From contig CANHVU010000014.1 of assembly GCA_947464275.1 (NCBI GenBank), forward strand, positions 10,324-74,323: 64,000 nt of DNA, read 5' to 3'. Source of the DNA: Bacteroidota bacterium. Lineage in GTDB: Bacteria > Bacteroidota > Bacteroidia > UKL13-3. Shown in pieces: positions 61,176-64,000 of the stretch. The notes beneath the pieces are model-generated. The model ran no database searches. It saw only the letters and a list, made by a program, of their open reading frames with translations, and was not told the origin of the DNA. The translations under genes and the position numbers were made by a program. Numbering within the stretch: the stretch's first letter is position 1; every line of letters starts with the position of its first letter.

Positions 61176-64000
61176 ATGTTAGATAAAATAAAAGAATTTA
61201 AGCCCTCGAGTTGGGCTATAGATAACAAAACAAGCATTTATATTATGACCATTATTATAACCTTAGCTGGTTTAATGAGTTATAATAGCTTGCCAAAAGA
61301 ACAATTTCCGGAGGTAGTATTTCCGCAAATTATTGTTAGTACTGTTCAGGCTGGAACATCGCCTAAGGATATGGAAAACATTGTAACCAAACATTTAGAA
61401 AAGAGTTTAAAATCTATTTCGGGTGTTAAAAAAATTACAAGTAATACCATACAAAACATCAGTTTAATTACTGTTGAATTTAATACCGATGTGCAAATTC
61501 CAATTGCAAAGCAAAGGGTAAAAGATCAAGTAGATAAAGCGCGTAAAGATTTACCTCAGGTACTTACTAGCGAACCTTCGGTAATGGAAATTGATGTATC
61601 GCAAATGCCTATTATGTTTGTGCATTTATCGGGCGATTATCCTTTAGACAAGCTAAAAGTTTATGCCGAAGATTTACAAGATAGAATTGAAGGTTTAAAG
61701 GAAATTACGCGTGCCGATATAGTTGGAGCATTAGATAGAGAGGTACAAATTAACCTTGATATGTATAAAATGCAATCGGCTGATGTAGCTATGTACGATG
61801 TTATGCAAGCTATTGGTAATGAAAATGTTACTATTAGTGGTGGTTCTGTTAAAATGGATGGCTTATTACGTGAAATTAACGTGATTGGTCAGTATGCCGA
61901 TCCTAAAAAAATAGGCGATTTAACCATTCGTTCGGCTAGCGGAGCTATAGTTTACTTGCGCGATATTGCAGAAGTAAAAGATGGTTTTAAAGAGCAAGAA
62001 AGTTTTGCACGTTTAGAACATAAAAATGTAATTACTTTAAATATAGTAAAAAAGAGTGGTCAAAACTTAATTGATGCCAGTGATAAAATTAGAAAATTAA
62101 CTGAAGAGTTAAAAGAAAGTCATTTTCCTAAAGGCTTAAAAATTACCGTTACAGGCGATCAATCAGATAAAACACGTGTAACCTTGCACGATTTGATTAA
62201 CACCATTGTTATTGGTTTTATATTGGTAACTGTAATCTTAATGTTTTTTATGGGAGCTACCAATGCTTTGTTTGTGGCTATGTCAGTACCTTTATCAATG
62301 GCTGTTGCATTTTTAGTATTACCAAGTTTAGGTTTTACTTTAAATATGATTGTATTATTTGCTTTCTTACTCGCATTGGGTATTGTGGTGGATGATGCCA
62401 TTGTTGTAATTGAAAATACGCATCGTATTTTTGAAAATGGAAAGGTGCCAATTAAAAAGGCTGCCAAACTAGCGGCAGGAGAGGTGTTTTTACCTGTACT
62501 TTCAGGAACCTTAACTACCTTAGCTCCATTTATTCCATTGGCATTTTGGCAAGGTGTAATTGGTAAATTCATGTTCTTTTTACCAGTAACTTTAATTATT
62601 ACCTTATTGGCTTCGTTGGTGGTTGCATATATTATCAATCCTGTATTTGCAGTTGATTTTATGAAAACCCACGAGGAAGAAGCTGAAGAACGTAAAAATA
62701 CCAAAGGTTTTAAAATTACTTCGGTTGTATTTGCGGTAATTGCTTTGGTATCCTATTTATCAGGTAATTTTGGTTTAGGTAATTTTACTGTTGTTATTTA
62801 CTTATTGTATTGCTTAAATCGTTTTGTGTTATACAAAACCATTGGAGCATTCCAAAATAAAACTTGGCCAAGTATTCAAGAAAAATACCGCCAATTAATT
62901 ACTTGGTGTTTAGCTAAAAGACGTCCAGTATGGATTTTAGTTGGAACAATTGGTTTATTATTCTTTAGTTTCTTCTTAGTTTCTGTTCGCTCGCCTAAAA
63001 TTGTATTCTTTCCTCAAGCGTCACCTAATTTTGTTTATACTTATATTCAAATGCCTGTAGGCACCGACCAAGTTAAAACTGATTCGATTACCAAAATTGT
63101 AGAAGAAAGAATTTACAAAACAATTGGAAATAGCAATAAAATTGTAGAGTCGGTTATTTCAAATGTAGCTATTGGTGCAGGCGATCCAAGTCAGTTTGAA
63201 GCAGGAGCTCAATCGCATTTAGGTAAAGTAACTGTTGCTTTTGTGGAGTTTGGAAAACGTAATGGCGAAGAAACATTGGATTATTTGGATAAAATTAGAA
63301 AAGCTGTAAGTGATATTCCTGGTGCACAAATTACAGTGGAACAAGAACAAGGTGGACCTCCAACTGGTAAGCCTGTTAATATTGAAATTATTGGTGATGA
63401 TTTTAATGAGTTAACCGCAGTTTCTAAAGATTTAAAACGTTACTTAGATTCATTACAAATTCCTGGAGTAGAAGAGTTAAAATCAGATTTGATTACTAAT
63501 AAACCAGAAATTTTAATTGAAATTGATAGAGAACGTGCTAACCGCGAAGGCATTACTTCTGCTCAAATTGGCCAAGCTTTACGTGGTGCTATTTTTGGTA
63601 TTGAAGTATCTAAATTTAAAGATGCCAACGATGATTATCCAATTCAAGTGCGTTACAACGAAAGCCAACGTAACAATATTGATGCATTGATGAATTTAAA
63701 AATTACCTACCGCGATATGAATATGGGTGGCATGTTACGTTCTGTTCCATTATCATCGGTTGCTAAGTTAAAATACAGCCAAACTTATGGTGGTATTAAA
63801 CGTAAAAATCAAAAACGTTTGGTTACTTTAGGTTCAAATGTACTTACAGGTTACAATGCTAACGAAGTGGTTGATGCTGTTAAAAAAGAAGTAGCTAAAT
63901 TTAACTTACCTACTACAGTAACGGTTGATATGACAGGTGAACAAGAGCAACAGGCAGAAACGGGTTCATTCCTAGGTAAAGCTATGTTAATTTCATTAGG
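61176..64000 (+). CDS. efflux RND transporter permease (AcrB/HAE1 family), 3'-truncated by the window edge
   Basis: Open frame from the atg at 61176 to the window end; N-terminal MLDKIKEFKPSSWAIDNKTSIYIMTIIITLAGLMSYNSLPKEQFPEVVFPQIIVSTVQAGTSP is the classic AcrB start. Confidence 0.85.
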   Translation, partial: MLDKIKEFKPSSWAIDNKTSIYIMTIIITLAGLMSYNSLPKEQFPEVVFPQIIVSTVQAGTSPKDMENIVTKHLEKSLKSISGVKKITSNTIQNISLITVEFNTDVQIPIAKQRVKDQVDKARKDLPQVLTSEPSVMEIDVSQMPIMFVHLSGDYPLDKLKVYAEDLQDRIEGLKEITRADIVGALDREVQINLDMYKMQSADVAMYDVMQAIGNENVTISGGSVKMDGLLREINVIGQYADPKKIGDLTIRSASGAIVYLRDIAEVKDGFKEQESFARLEHKNVITLNIVKKSGQNLIDASDKIRKLTEELKESHFPKGLKITVTGDQSDKTRVTLHDLINTIVIGFILVTVILMFFMGATNALFVAMSVPLSMAVAFLVLPSLGFTLNMIVLFAFLLALGIVVDDAIVVIENTHRIFENGKVPIKKAAKLAAGEVFLPVLSGTLTTLAPFIPLAFWQGVIGKFMFFLPVTLIITLLASLVVAYIINPVFAVDFMKTHEEEAEERKNTKGFKITSVVFAVIALVSYLSGNFGLGNFTVVIYLLYCLNRFVLYKTIGAFQNKTWPSIQEKYRQLITWCLAKRRPVWILVGTIGLLFFSFFLVSVRSPKIVFFPQASPNFVYTYIQMPVGTDQVKTDSITKIVEERIYKTIGNSNKIVESVISNVAIGAGDPSQFEAGAQSHLGKVTVAFVEFGKRNGEETLDYLDKIRKAVSDIPGAQITVEQEQGGPPTGKPVNIEIIGDDFNELTAVSKDLKRYLDSLQIPGVEELKSDLITNKPEILIEIDRERANREGITSAQIGQALRGAIFGIEVSKFKDANDDYPIQVRYNESQRNNIDALMNLKITYRDMNMGGMLRSVPLSSVAKLKYSQTYGGIKRKNQKRLVTLGSNVLTGYNANEVVDAVKKEVAKFNLPTTVTVDMTGEQEQQAETGSFLGKAMLISL

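Overview
Low-GC (~33%) chromosomal segment with Bacteroidetes/Flavobacteriia character: several proteins carry T9SS C-terminal sorting domains, a PorQ/PorV-family gene is present, and start regions are AT-rich without Shine-Dalgarno sequences. Most of the window is ordinary housekeeping: acyl-CoA dehydrogenase, NifU/Mrp Fe-S carrier pair, PurD, GcvT, HflX, the OxyR-like LysR regulator with KatG, PDH E1-beta, RNase Z, an FtsE-like ATPase, and a TetR-TolC-MFP-RND efflux operon that runs off the 3' end. Many hypothetical secreted or lipoproteins and five alpha/beta hydrolases are interspersed, along with tRNA-Leu(TAA) and tRNA-Gly(GCC). The non-routine content is mobile and repeat-related. Two small HuH/Y1 (IS200-like) transposase genes each sit inside a different structured repeat family. 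The 145-aa tnpA at 23131..23568 is nested in same-orientation tandem arrays of a ~125-bp unit containing three hairpins, and further copies of that unit lie about 4 kb upstream, bracketing a secreted-protein/GT2/GT-like cluster. The 172-aa RAYT-like gene at 39049..39567 is flanked by an 8-bp-stem REP hairpin and a duplicated ~140-bp module beside the tRNA genes. A third REP hairpin family occurs seven times, six of them packed into 8.4-10.3 kb around small accessory genes (an addiction-module-like 82-aa ORF, two SRPBCC proteins, and a tiny transmembrane peptide ORF). An orphan ParD antitoxin sits next to a DUF4256 gene. No CRISPR array, no TnpB/IscB, and no recognisable defence-island enzymes were found; the repeat-transposase architecture is the most unusual feature I can support from the sequence.
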